DNA from: Terriglobia bacterium
GTDB taxonomy: Bacteria; Acidobacteriota; Terriglobia; Versatilivoradales; Versatilivoraceae
Assembly: GCA_951813285.1 (NCBI GenBank)
Contig: OX638355.1
Location: 2,373,136-2,437,135, forward strand
Direction: 5' to 3'
Length of the DNA stretch: 64,000 nucleotides
A program made the translations under genes and the position numbers. The notes under the pieces are model-generated. The model searched no databases and had not been told where the DNA came from. It saw nothing but the letters and a program-made list of their open reading frames with translations. This document shows positions 49,057-60,800 of the stretch, piece after piece. Numbering within the stretch: position 1 is the first letter of the stretch; every line of letters begins with the position of its first letter.

Positions 49057-49518
49057 ATGGGCCCCATCGGCGTACCCGAGTTGATCATCATTTTTGTGGT
49101 GGCGTTGCTGGTATTCGGGCCACGCAAGCTGCCTGAGTTGGGGAAATCTCTCGGTCGGGGACTCTCCGAGTTCCGACGCGCCTCCAACGAACTCAGAAAT
49201 ACCCTGGAGGAAGAGGTTCGCGCGGCTGAATACGAGCCTCCCCCTCCCCCTCCCCCGCCCAAGCTGGAAAAGCCGGCGGAAGCTGCAACTGCCGACCCTG
49301 CACCGGCCGTCGATACCGGGGAGGAAGCGGCGGCACCGACCTCTTCCGAAGCGGAAGGCGGTGATGTTGCGGCGGAAGCTGTCTCCGCCGAAGAGAAATC
49401 TGAAGCACCCTCCCAACCTTCAGAAGGCGACGCCGGCCAGGAGCCGGAGGCTGCGACAGCCTCCTCGGTCGGCTCAAGCTCGGAGCCCAAGCCTGAACCC
49501 AAGCCGGATGGACACTGA
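49057..49518 (+). CDS. tatA: Sec-independent translocase TatA/TatB-family protein with a long proline/alanine/glutamate-rich tail.
   Basis: 'MGPIGVPELIIIFVVALLVFGPRKLPELGKSLG'. Confidence 0.8.
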   Translation: MGPIGVPELIIIFVVALLVFGPRKLPELGKSLGRGLSEFRRASNELRNTLEEEVRAAEYEPPPPPPPPKLEKPAEAATADPAPAVDTGEEAAAPTSSEAEGGDVAAEAVSAEEKSEAPSQPSEGDAGQEPEAATASSVGSSSEPKPEPKPDGH

Positions 49519-50278
49519 CCCAAGGGACGACAACGAGCTTGCGGCGACCGGCAAGATGTCCTTTTTGGATCATCTGGACGAGTTGCGCCGGCGCATCATC
49601 GTCGCCGTCGTTGTGGTGGGCATCAGTTTTGTTGCCTGCTGGATCTTTCACGAGAAAATCTTCGAGTTCCTGTCGGTTCCGATCACCCAGCACTTGGGGG
49701 ACCGCAAGCTCACCTATCTGCGCCCCACCGAGCCCTTCATGATCTACATGAAGGCTTCTTTCTACGCGGGGATCTTTCTGGCCTCCCCGCTTGTCCTGTG
49801 GCAGGTCTGGCTGTTCATTGCCCCCGGCCTCTATTCCCGGGAAAAGCGATACGCCATACCCTTCCTGCTTTCCTCCAGCATTCTCTTTATCCTGGGGGGG
49901 GTCTTCGCCTACTCGGTCGGCCTTCCCATGACCTTGAATTTTCTCACCGATTTCGGCCAGAACTTTGAGGAGATGGTGACCGCAACCTTCTACTTCGACT
50001 TCGCTCTGGTCATCATCCTGGGATGCGCCATCATTTTCGAAATTCCGATCGTCATTTTCTTCCTCTCCATCATGGGCATCACCAATGCCCGATTCCTGTT
50101 GAGGAATCTCCGCTACGCCGTCCTCATTATTTTCATTACAGCAGCCATCATCACGCCAACGCCGGACATCCCAACCTTGATGGTCTTCGCCGCGCCCATG
50201 CTCTTGCTGTACCTGGTAGGCGTACTGGTAGCCTGGATCTTCGGCAAAAAGCGCCTGAGGGGCGAGGATTCCGACTGA
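49508..50278 (+). CDS. tatC: Sec-independent translocase TatC.
   Basis: 'MSFLDHLDELRRRII...PLVLWQVWLFIAPGLYSREKR'. Start overlaps the tatA stop. Confidence 0.9.
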   Translation: MDTDPRDDNELAATGKMSFLDHLDELRRRIIVAVVVVGISFVACWIFHEKIFEFLSVPITQHLGDRKLTYLRPTEPFMIYMKASFYAGIFLASPLVLWQVWLFIAPGLYSREKRYAIPFLLSSSILFILGGVFAYSVGLPMTLNFLTDFGQNFEEMVTATFYFDFALVIILGCAIIFEIPIVIFFLSIMGITNARFLLRNLRYAVLIIFITAAIITPTPDIPTLMVFAAPMLLLYLVGVLVAWIFGKKRLRGEDSD

Positions 50279-50291
50279 GGTTCCTCCACCC

Positions 50292-50870
50292 CTTACTTGA
50301 AACAAACGAAAAAAGACAAAAGAAAAAAAGAAAAAAGAGGAATCCACGAAGGGCCACTAAGGACGACGAAGGGCCACTAAGGCGTTGAGGTGAACCGCGA
50401 CGGGATACCACGGTCGCGAAGGGATGATCGATTTCCGATAGTTTCACTCTCGTATGATCCGCCCGGTACGGCGGGGGCTGGGCTCGCGGACAAACCGGAG
50501 TTTTCCAGAAGGCGACCGTCGGCTTTCAGAGAATTCGCCCGCCGGATGCCCTCCATCGCACCATTGGGACGACCCACCCGGGAGCGCGGGCGTCTCGCCC
50601 GCACAGGACTTGGCACCATTGTAACGATCCCCACAATGGCCGGTTTGGTGTACTGTGCGAGGAAGTGGCCCTGCATCGCAGGCTGTTTGCACCAATAAGG
50701 TTGCGGGCGGGACGCCCGCGCTCCCGGGTGGCATTCTCCCATGACGCCGTGACACCAACCTCACAATATTGCAGAAGCACCCGGGCGCCGCTCGTCATTG
50801 AAGGAGCTCCATCCCTATTCGCCCCCATTCGTGTTCATTGGTGGTTCGTCTTCATTGAGAAACGACCAAG
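50292..50870 (+). repeat. Second copy of the L+A+R composite element (lacks the P arm), inserted immediately after the tatC stop.
   Basis: About 95% identity to 43497-44040. Confidence 0.7.
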
Positions 50871-51140
50871 GCATGCGGGCTTTGTGTGATCAGATCCGCC
50901 AGACGGCCTTCGACCTGCATGGAACTCTTCGTATCGGGCATCTCGAGAAGGCATACGATAAATTCGTTTTGTGCTTTTTGTGGTTAGACAGCATTTTTCA
51001 CCAAGTCGCACCCGATATTGAAAAAGGCAGAACATCGCGTTTGCCGGCAAAATGACCTGCCCCGTTGCGAATTTTGCAAAAGGCTCCAGAGACAATCGGC
51101 TGTTTTTCCTCTGAAGGAGCCGCCCGCCCCGTGACCTGCC

Positions 51141-52535
51141 GTGGCCGACTCCTCCAGCACAGATCGGACGTCTTTTCGAACCCGCGTCAAGGGCAAGCCG
51201 ATCTTCAGGCGCCACCTCTTTATCAGCTCCGCTCTCTTTCTGGTGGTGATCGGGGCCATCGCCTTTTCGCTGATCGATTTGGCCAACCGCTGGGCAAGCG
51301 AGCGGGTGGAGCTTGTAATGGAGGCATTGCGCGACGATTTACAGGATCGGATCGAAAATCAAATCCGTCTTCTCGATCTGGAGCTGCCGGGCGCCGATCC
51401 TGCCGATGAACTTCGCCGCCGGCACCACATGGAAGGGTTTCTGGAGGAGTTGTTGGCCGGCAACGACCAGGTCGTCTACGTTTTTGCCCAGCATCCCCGG
51501 GGAGATCTGCTTTGGCGCCGCTTGCAGATGGGAAGGGAACTGGAACAGAGCCACTTTCCGGATCTCATTCTGTCCTCCAGGGCAAGGCAGGAAATCGCTT
51601 CGGTCAGCAGTCCCGGGAAGCGCATCACCGACTGGGTCGAACCGGTGGTATCCGAGGGTCAAGTGAGGCTGCTTATCCATTTCGGTTTCGACAACACCCT
51701 GATTGCCGGCCGGGTGGCTGAAGACCAGATCCGGATCAACCGGCAGATTCTGATGGCCTCCTCGGTGGTGCTGGCGCTACTGCTGGTGGCCTTGTTTTAT
51801 GTGCTCTGGCTGCTCAAGCGAGCCCAGCTGATCGAGGCCGAAGCACACACGGCCGACCGGCTGGCAGTGCTGGGGACGCTGGCCAGCGGATTGGCCCATG
51901 AGATCCGGAACCCTTTGAGCGCCATCAACCTGAATCTGCAGATGATCGAAGAGGAAGTTTCCGAGTCTCCTACGTATTCCGGAGAGATGGCCCAACTACT
52001 GGCCGGGGCCAAGTCCGAGATTCGGCGGTTGGAGCGGTTGGCGCGCAATTTCCTGGTGTACGCCAAACCCTTGAAGCTGGATCGACAGGTGGTTTCGCTG
52101 CCCCAGGTCCTGGATCAGGTGGTCCAGCTTGTGGCCAAGGAATGTGACAGAGCAGGAATCGAGCTGGTGAGGCAGGATGGACCGGGGGTGCTGGAGGTTC
52201 GGGGAGACCGCGACTTGTTGCAGCAGGCCTTGATGAACCTGTTGGTCAATGCCAGGGAATCGGTCCTGGCCAGTGGGGATGGACCGCGCCGAATCTCAAT
52301 GGGGGCCAGGCGGGAGTCGTCGGGCCGTTTGGCGGTGTGGGTTCGCGATAGCGGTACCGGAGTCTCGGAGGAGGAATCCGGCCGGCTCTTTGACCTCTTT
52401 TATTCGAGTAAGCGCGGCGGGACGGGTTTGGGCCTGCCCATAGCCCAACGGATCGTGGAAGCCCACGGCGGGCGGCTGGAATGGAAGAATTGTGATGGTG
52501 GAGGGTCGGAGTTTTCGATGCGCTTCGACCTCTGA
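51141..52535 (+). CDS. Sensor histidine kinase (membrane anchor, HisKA, HATPase_c).
   Basis: H-box 'LASGLAHEIRNPLSAI', N-box 'LMNLLVNARES', G-box 'GTGLGLPIAQRIVEAHGG'. Confidence 0.8.
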   Translation: MADSSSTDRTSFRTRVKGKPIFRRHLFISSALFLVVIGAIAFSLIDLANRWASERVELVMEALRDDLQDRIENQIRLLDLELPGADPADELRRRHHMEGFLEELLAGNDQVVYVFAQHPRGDLLWRRLQMGRELEQSHFPDLILSSRARQEIASVSSPGKRITDWVEPVVSEGQVRLLIHFGFDNTLIAGRVAEDQIRINRQILMASSVVLALLLVALFYVLWLLKRAQLIEAEAHTADRLAVLGTLASGLAHEIRNPLSAINLNLQMIEEEVSESPTYSGEMAQLLAGAKSEIRRLERLARNFLVYAKPLKLDRQVVSLPQVLDQVVQLVAKECDRAGIELVRQDGPGVLEVRGDRDLLQQALMNLLVNARESVLASGDGPRRISMGARRESSGRLAVWVRDSGTGVSEEESGRLFDLFYSSKRGGTGLGLPIAQRIVEAHGGRLEWKNCDGGGSEFSMRFDL

Positions 52536-52542
52536 AAAAAAA

Positions 52543-52566
52543 GCCACCGGAGCAGGCTCCGGTGGC
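52543..52566. terminator. Bidirectional intrinsic terminator hairpin (gccaccggag-cagg-ctccggtggc), A-tract before and T-rich after, between the convergent kinase and groEL genes.
   Basis: Perfect 10-bp stem with flanking AAAAAAAA and TCTGAGCTTTCT. Confidence 0.6.
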
Positions 52567-52588
52567 TCTGAGCTTTCTGGTGCCGGCG

Positions 52589-54211
<1,623 letters not shown>

Positions 54212-54280
54212 TCATTCCTCCATGTTTTTCGTGGGTTGATCTATCGAGGCCGGATTGGCCCGGGGGGACGCCACGGCCTG

Positions 54281-54577
54281 CTAGCCGGCGTCCGCAAGGA
54301 TACCGAGGACCTCGTCTTCCCTCAGGATGAGGTATTCCTCACCTTCAATCTTGATGTCGGTGCCCGAATATTTGCCGAATAGGATGCGATCGCCTTCTTT
54401 GACCTCCAAGCTCAAGCGCGTGCCATCGTCCAGGATCTTTCCGTTTCCAACCGCCGCCACGATCCCCTCCTGGGGTTTCTCCTTGGCGGTGTCGGGAATG
54501 ATAATCCCACCCCTGACGTTTTCAGTCTCCTCGATGCGCCTGATCAGTATCCGGTCGTGGAGCGGTCTGACCTTCAT
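54281..54577 (-). CDS. groS: Co-chaperonin GroES.
   Basis: 98 aa, '[18 protein letters not shown]...[16 protein letters not shown]'. Confidence 0.95.
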   Translation of the reverse strand: MKVRPLHDRILIRRIEETENVRGGIIIPDTAKEKPQEGIVAAVGNGKILDDGTRLSLEVKEGDRILFGKYSGTDIKIEGEEYLILREDEVLGILADAG

Positions 54578-54632
54578 ACCGGGATCTCCTTTCTATTCCA
54601 AGTGTGACCAGTCTCAGTTCGGATCGGGGTTG

Positions 54633-54659
54633 TTAGCACTCCAGATCCGAGAGTGCTAA
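54633..54659. promoter_or_regulatory. CIRCE operator (HrcA binding site) TTAGCACTC-N9-GAGTGCTAA upstream of groES.
   Basis: Perfect consensus inverted repeat 55-80 bp upstream of the groES start. Confidence 0.85.
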
Positions 54660-54675
54660 TAATAGGAACGGGTCC

Positions 54676-54960
54676 CTACCGAGTCAAGCGTTTTTTGGGT
54701 GGCCCGGCTTTTTTTCGGGGCTGGGAGCGGTTGGAGGCGGAAAGCTTTTTCTGCAGGGTGTTGCGGTGGATTCCCAACCTGTTGGCGGCCTGGGTCCGAT
54801 TGCCCCCGGTTCGTTCTAAACACTTCATGATAAACTGTTTTTCAAATTCCTTGGTGGCTTCTTCAAAGAGTAGTCCGCGATCCAGCATCTCGGAGATCAG
54901 GCGGTGCAGTTGGTCTTTCACGATCGAATCCCCATCAGTTTGCTGGGCCGCGCCTCGGAA
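54676..54960 (-). CDS. Fis-family DNA-binding protein (C-terminal HTH_8); start uncertain.
   Basis: 'GGNRTQAANRLGIHRNTLQKKL' Fis-type helix-turn-helix. Confidence 0.5.
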   Translation of the reverse strand, partial: FRGAAQQTDGDSIVKDQLHRLISEMLDRGLLFEEATKEFEKQFIMKCLERTGGNRTQAANRLGIHRNTLQKKLSASNRSQPRKKAGPPKKRLTR

Positions 54961-55060
54961 TCGCCTTGAGACCCGGCTACTTTCCCGACCCACGGGCTCA
55001 AAGTGGCTCGGCGCCTTACTCCCGGTTGAAAAGGACCCTGCACAGACAGCCAAACACGGC

Positions 55061-55627
55061 CTATGCCTCCTCTTCGCTCGCCGGCTCGGACTGTTCCCGC
55101 CAGAATCTCTCCACTTCGCCGTAGCCTTCCATGAATCGATCCTTCAGCGACTTGGGGGTGACCAGGATCAGGACACGGGCGCTGACCAGCAGGAAGGGAG
55201 CCAATCTGGCTTCCTGGATGCTGGCCAGTTTCACCGGGAAGGCCGTCAGGAGCAGAACCATGACGGCAGCGATCATCCACCCCCGAATCAGGCCGAAGGC
55301 AGCTCCCAGCAGGCGATCGAACCACTGCAGGTGAGCCACTCGCACGAATTTGTGGACGAAGGAGGAGACGAGGGCGCCTGCAATCAGACACCCGCAAAAT
55401 ATCGTCACAAAACCCAGGATGGCGGCCAGGTCCTGGCCGCTGACGAGCTGAAGAAAAAAGCTCGCGGTCATGGGGTAGAACCAGGAAGCCAGCACGATTC
55501 CAACCACGACCGACCCCAGAGAGATGGACTCTCGGGCGAAGCCCTTCAGGAGACTGCCCAACACGGAGACAAACACCACCGCCAGGATGACCCAGTCGAG
55601 GGAGTTCAGGTCGTGGAGAGGCTCCAT
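55061..55627 (-). CDS. cvpA: CvpA-family membrane protein.
   Basis: Four predicted TM helices. 'LDWVILAVVFVSVLGSLLKGFARE'. Confidence 0.7.
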   Translation of the reverse strand: MEPLHDLNSLDWVILAVVFVSVLGSLLKGFARESISLGSVVVGIVLASWFYPMTASFFLQLVSGQDLAAILGFVTIFCGCLIAGALVSSFVHKFVRVAHLQWFDRLLGAAFGLIRGWMIAAVMVLLLTAFPVKLASIQEARLAPFLLVSARVLILVTPKSLKDRFMEGYGEVERFWREQSEPASEEEA

Positions 55628-55631
55628 CCAA

Positions 55632-56516
55632 TCAGCCCTTCCTTTCCATCAACTCTTCAATCATCTCTCTGCCGCGGGCCTTGACGGAGCCGATACTGAC
55701 GTGGGGTTTGACTCTTCCGTGAAAATCCGAGCCCGCGGTCCTCACCAGATCCCAGCGGGCCGCCCAGTCCGCGAAACGTCGAGTGGAGCGGGGCTCATGG
55801 TAGGAGGAATAGACCTCCAGCCCCGCCAGCCCATGGGCGACAAGAGTCTGCAGAACACTCTCGTCAGCCTCGTAGCCGGGAGCCCCCGGGTGGGCCAGCA
55901 CGGGAACACCCCCCGACCGGCGGATCAACTGCAGGGCTTCCAGGGTTCCCAGCCTCTCCATTTCGGCGAAGGCGGGTTTCCCCCGGGCAAAGAAGTCTCG
56001 ATAAAAGGCAATGATCCCTCGAGCGGATTCATTCCCATGGAGATAGCGGTGCAACCTGGGGGACTCATGGGATTCGGGTTTTGCCAGAAGGATTTGAACA
56101 ATGGCCGGGCCGGTCGGTATCGGGTTGCCGGACCCTCGGATGACCTCCTCAAAAGTAATGTCGAAGCCCAGATCCCGAAGCCGGTCAACCCTGACTTTCG
56201 CCTGTTGGCGTCTTCCCTCGGCCAAGCCCTGAAGCTTTGATTGCAACTCGGCAGACTGGAAATCGACCAAGGGAGCCAGCACATGGAACTTGCGGGTCCC
56301 GTAATGGGTGCTGATCTCGACGTTCGGGTAGAACTCGAGGGGAAATTCCCGAGCCAGCTGCGTCCCTTCGGCCATGGCCGCCACCGTATCGTGGTCGGAG
56401 ATGGCAATACCGGCAAGGCCGGCCTCGCAAGCCATTTCAAAGAGAAGCCGGGGGGGATGGTCGGCGTCGCTGGAGTAATTCGAGTGAATGTGCAGATCGT
56501 AGAAGCTGGCCCGCAT
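55632..56516 (-). CDS. PHP-domain metal-dependent phosphoesterase.
   Basis: 'DLHIHSNYSSDADHPP...IAISDHDT' PHP motifs. Confidence 0.75.
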   Translation of the reverse strand: MRASFYDLHIHSNYSSDADHPPRLLFEMACEAGLAGIAISDHDTVAAMAEGTQLAREFPLEFYPNVEISTHYGTRKFHVLAPLVDFQSAELQSKLQGLAEGRRQQAKVRVDRLRDLGFDITFEEVIRGSGNPIPTGPAIVQILLAKPESHESPRLHRYLHGNESARGIIAFYRDFFARGKPAFAEMERLGTLEALQLIRRSGGVPVLAHPGAPGYEADESVLQTLVAHGLAGLEVYSSYHEPRSTRRFADWAARWDLVRTAGSDFHGRVKPHVSIGSVKARGREMIEELMERKG

Positions 56517-56691
56517 TTCTCACCGGGGGGAGTGACAATGGCGCTGGATTTTTTCCTTCAGCGCGAAAATAGAGGCTGAAAGCTGTCATGAACAGGGAAG
56601 AGGCCCTTGTTCAATCGATTATGCGGTTAACTGGTGGGAACACACTTCATCGGCAGGCCCCGTACTCCTCTGCAGGGCCAATTCCCGGCAT

Positions 56692-57591
56692 TCAGCCATC
56701 CAGTTTTCTCCCGGTGAGGCGCTCGAAAGCATCCATGTACTTTCGGCTGGTTGCCTCCACGACCCAGTCGGGCAGCTCGGGCGCGGGGGGCTTCTTGTCC
56801 CACTGAATTTCTTCCAGGTAGTTCCGTACGAACTGCTTGTCGAAGGGCTGCTGGGGTTTTCCGGGCTGGTAGTCGGAAGCCAGCCAGAACCGCGAAGAGT
56901 CCGGAGTCAGGACCTCGTCGATCAGAATGATGTCGCCCTGGTAGGTGCCGAACTCGAACTTGGTGTCGGCGATGATGAAGCCCTTGGAAGCCGCGTAATC
57001 GCGAGCCTTGCAGTAGATATCCAAACTGATATCACGAAGGCGCTCCGCCGTGTCCTGCCCGACCAGGTCCACCATCCGCTCAAAGGAGATATTTTCGTCG
57101 TGACCAGTGGTGGCCTTGGTGGCGGGAGTAAAGAGAGGTTCCTCCAGACGGGCCGATTCGGGCAGTCCGGCCGGCAGCCCGATGCCGCAGACCGACCGGG
57201 ACTGCCGGTACTCCTTCCAGCCCGATCCGGCCAGGTAACCCCTGACCACGCATTCCACCGGAAAGACCTCCGATTTCTTCACCAGCATGGATCGTCCGGC
57301 CAGCACCCGGGCATAGGGCTGAAGATCGGCTGGGAACTCCTCGACCCTGGCGGTCACCAGGTGGTGGGGAACGATTTCGCCGATGCGCTCGAACCAGAAG
57401 AGCGACATCTGGGTCAGGATACTTCCCTTGTTGGGAATGCCGCTGGCCAGCACGTAGTCGAAGGCGGAAATTCTGTCGGTGGCGATGATTAGCAGGTGGT
57501 CCCCAATCTCGTAAATGTCACGGACCTTGCCTCTGCCGACCAGATGATGATCGGGTAAATTCACCTCGGTTTGCAGGCTCTCTTCGGCCAT
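56692..57591 (-). CDS. purC: Phosphoribosylaminoimidazole-succinocarboxamide synthase.
   Basis: 'GKVRDIYEIGDHLLIIATDRISAFDYVL'. Confidence 0.9.
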   Translation of the reverse strand: MAEESLQTEVNLPDHHLVGRGKVRDIYEIGDHLLIIATDRISAFDYVLASGIPNKGSILTQMSLFWFERIGEIVPHHLVTARVEEFPADLQPYARVLAGRSMLVKKSEVFPVECVVRGYLAGSGWKEYRQSRSVCGIGLPAGLPESARLEEPLFTPATKATTGHDENISFERMVDLVGQDTAERLRDISLDIYCKARDYAASKGFIIADTKFEFGTYQGDIILIDEVLTPDSSRFWLASDYQPGKPQQPFDKQFVRNYLEEIQWDKKPPAPELPDWVVEATSRKYMDAFERLTGRKLDG

Positions 57592-57807
57592 GGGATTGCA
57601 CGCTCTCCTTTCGTTTGGGAGTGTCAGGCGGGTATAGGGGGGAGACCCTTGAACCAGCCCGTGGCTTTCGGCTTGCCCGGATTTTTCCAGCAGAAGGTGG
57701 CCATTCTAGTACAACGGGGACGCTTGTCAAGACCCATGTGAAAACCCTGTCCATAGCGTCTGAAAACCCGGGTGGAACCCATGGCAGGACGGCCGGCGGC
57801 AGGGGAA

Positions 57808-60800
57808 TCAGTTCATCCGGACCGAGACCAGTTTGGACACGCCGGCCTCTTCCATGGTCACTCCGAAGAGGGCGTCAGCCGCCTCCATGGTCCGCTTGCT
57901 GTGGGTGATGAGCACGAATTGGGTCTCACCGCTCATGGACTTGATCTTCTGGGAGTAACGCCCCAGGTTGACGTCGTCCAGCGGAGCGTCTACTTCGTCC
58001 AGGACGCAAAAGGGGCTGGGTTGGTAGCTGAATATGGCCAGCAGGAGGGCGATGGCGGTCAAGGCCTTTTCGCCTCCCGAGAGCAGCAGCACATTCTGCA
58101 ATCGTTTCCCCGGAGGCTGGGCCACGATTTCGATCCCCGTCTCCAGAGGATCCTGAGGATCCAGCAATTTCATTTCGCCCCGTCCGCCGCCGAACAGCTC
58201 CCGAAAGCTTTCCCTGAAGTTCAGGTTCACCGCATCGAAGGCTTGCTGAAACTGCTCGCAGGAAACCTCATCGATCTCGCGGATGGCAGTGCTGGTGTCC
58301 TCTATGGAATCGAGCAGGTCCTGACGTTGCCGGTTGAGGAAATCGAACCGTTGCTCGCATTCCTGGAATTCCTCCAGGGCCATCATGTTGACCGGTCCCA
58401 TGGAATCCAGGCGGTTCCTGAGGCGGAGGTATCGTTCCTCCGATTGCCGATAGTCTTCCTGGTTGAATTCGCCGGCCTCCTCCACCTGAAGCGATTCCAG
58501 GGTTTCCCCCAGCTCCTGGCGGCAGGATTCCTCCAGATGGGAGTGGTCGGAGGCGAGTCTGGCCCGCTCGACCTCGGTTTGCGTCCTACGGTTCCGTAGC
58601 TCGTCCAGTTCCAGACGCCACCCTTGCAGCTCTTCTTCCAGTTGTGCCTGGACCCTTCGGGACGCCTCCATCCGACCTTCCCCGATCCGGATCTCCGCCT
58701 CCAGAGAAGCGCGTTTGACGGCTCGATTGAAGACGGTCTTTTCCAGTTGTCGAACCGAGGTCTGGATCTCCAGGCTCTGGGCGGTCCACTCCTCTCGCTG
58801 GGCGTTCAGCCTGGTCCCGCGTTGGAGGCAATCTTGCAGGCTGGCTTGAACCCGTTCCCGGTCGGCCTCGGTAGCGAGCTTGCGCTCGCCGCATGCGGCC
58901 AGCTCCGAGCCCACCTGGCTGAGCTGCTGCGAATGGTGCAGCCATTCGTCCCTCAAGCGCCGCCAGTCGGCCTGAATCGAGTCGATGGACTGGTCCACCT
59001 CCGTCTTGCGTGCTGCGGCCCGCGTGATTTCCGATCGGGATTGGAGGAGGCGCTGGTCGATTTCCGACCGCTCTTGAGCCAGGTTCCGGATTTCCCCGGA
59101 GACTTCCCGCTCCCTATGGCTGAGGCGTTCGAGCTCGCCGGCGAGGGTCTCGAGTCGGTGGTTGGAGCCTACCAGCTCCTTTTCCAGTTCCTGCACCTGC
59201 CGGTTCACCCGGGTCAGCTCCTGCTCACGGGCTTGCACCGACCGATCCAGGTCCTGGAACCGTTCGTCCAGCAACAGCAGGTCCCGGCGGGCCGATTCGA
59301 GCCGCCGGTCCAGTTCGCGGATCTCTCGCTTCAGGGAGAGGTGCCCGCGCTGGTCACCGCTGCCGCCGGAAATGAGCTGCCCTCGAAACGCCTCGCCCTG
59401 CGGCGTCAGCACCGTCAACTTCGGATGGGCTTGAGCGATCTCCAGGGCTGCCTGATAGCCGGGGGCAATGAGGCTGTGGAACAGATGGGGGAGGGCGGAG
59501 CGAAGCCCCTGGCGATGGCGGGGCGGCACACGGATGACGCGGCTCATCGGAATGAGCCGCGGGTCTCGAGCCGCCAGATCCTGGATCAGGACGTCAAGGG
59601 TGTCGGCGGCCGGGTCGGAGGCGCCGTTGCCGGCGACCAGAAAGGTGGATCGGCCGGAGCCGCTCTTGCGCAGCAGATCGATGCCTTCCCGCGCATTGGA
59701 CGTAGAATCGACCAAGAGAAATTCGAGCTCCTGACGCACAAACTGTTCCACGGTCCGCTCGTGCTCGGTGTCCACCTCCACCAGATCGGCCAGGATCCCG
59801 TGGGTCCGAAACTCGGCCCCCCGGGACCGGTCGGCCACCGACAAGAGTGTCCGCACCGATTCGGCACTGTAGGCATGGTGCGCAGCCAGTTCCTTCAGGG
59901 ACTGGAGCCTTTGATCCTGCGCACTGAGCTCTTCCCGCTTCTCGGCCACCTTCTGCCGGGCTCGAACCAGCTGCTCCCGTTCCCGGTTGACTTCAACCGA
60001 GAGTGCTTCGACCCTGCCGGCCAACTCACGCAGCCGCGTTTCCTCCCGGGTGTGCCGGCTGCCGGCGCTTTCGCGGGTGTCCGCCAGGTTCCGGCGATCT
60101 CGGGATGCCTGTTTGTGTTCGTTTTCCAGGCGAACGGATTGCAAGCCCAGCTGCTTTTCGTGCTCCTCCAACTGGATGACGGCGCTGCCAAGGGTGGTCG
60201 CTCGACCCAGTAATTCCAGTTGTTCCGACCGCAGCCGGTCTCCCGAGACTTCCAGTTCGCCCAGCTTGTTCTGCCGTAGTTCCTGTTCCCGATTGCGGGC
60301 GTCGTACTGTTCCTCCAGCCTGTCGAACTGCCGGGTCACCTCCTGGAGGGACTGCCGATGTTCGCGGGCTTGCACCTGGTATTGCTCCTCCTGCTCCTTG
60401 AGCAGCTGGAGCTCCAGGGCATTTTCGCGAGACCGGACTCCCAGTTGGTCGAACCGGTCTTTCTGATGCTGAATCGTTTGCTGGTCCCTCTGGTTTTCCA
60501 TCTGCAACCGGGACAACTGTTCGCGTTGCCCTTTCAAGGCGGTCTCGGCCTCGAAGAGGGCGTCGTTTTCCCGACGAAAATGGGCTTCCCGCTCGTCGAT
60601 GAAGCGCTGTTTCCGATCGACCTGGTCCTGGAATTGCTCGAATTTTTCCGATACCTGGCTCAACTGGGCCTTCAGACGACGGGCCCGGGCGGAGAACAGG
60701 CTTCTGGAGAGATTCCGGGCTTCCAGGCTGAGCTCCCGGTAACGGCGGGCCTTGGCAGCCTGACGCTTGAGAGCATCCAACTGGCGGGAAACCTCCTCGG

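Noticed and set aside
58624-60213. 529-aa plus-strand ORF (with 60358-61149)
   Set aside because: Antisense to smc.
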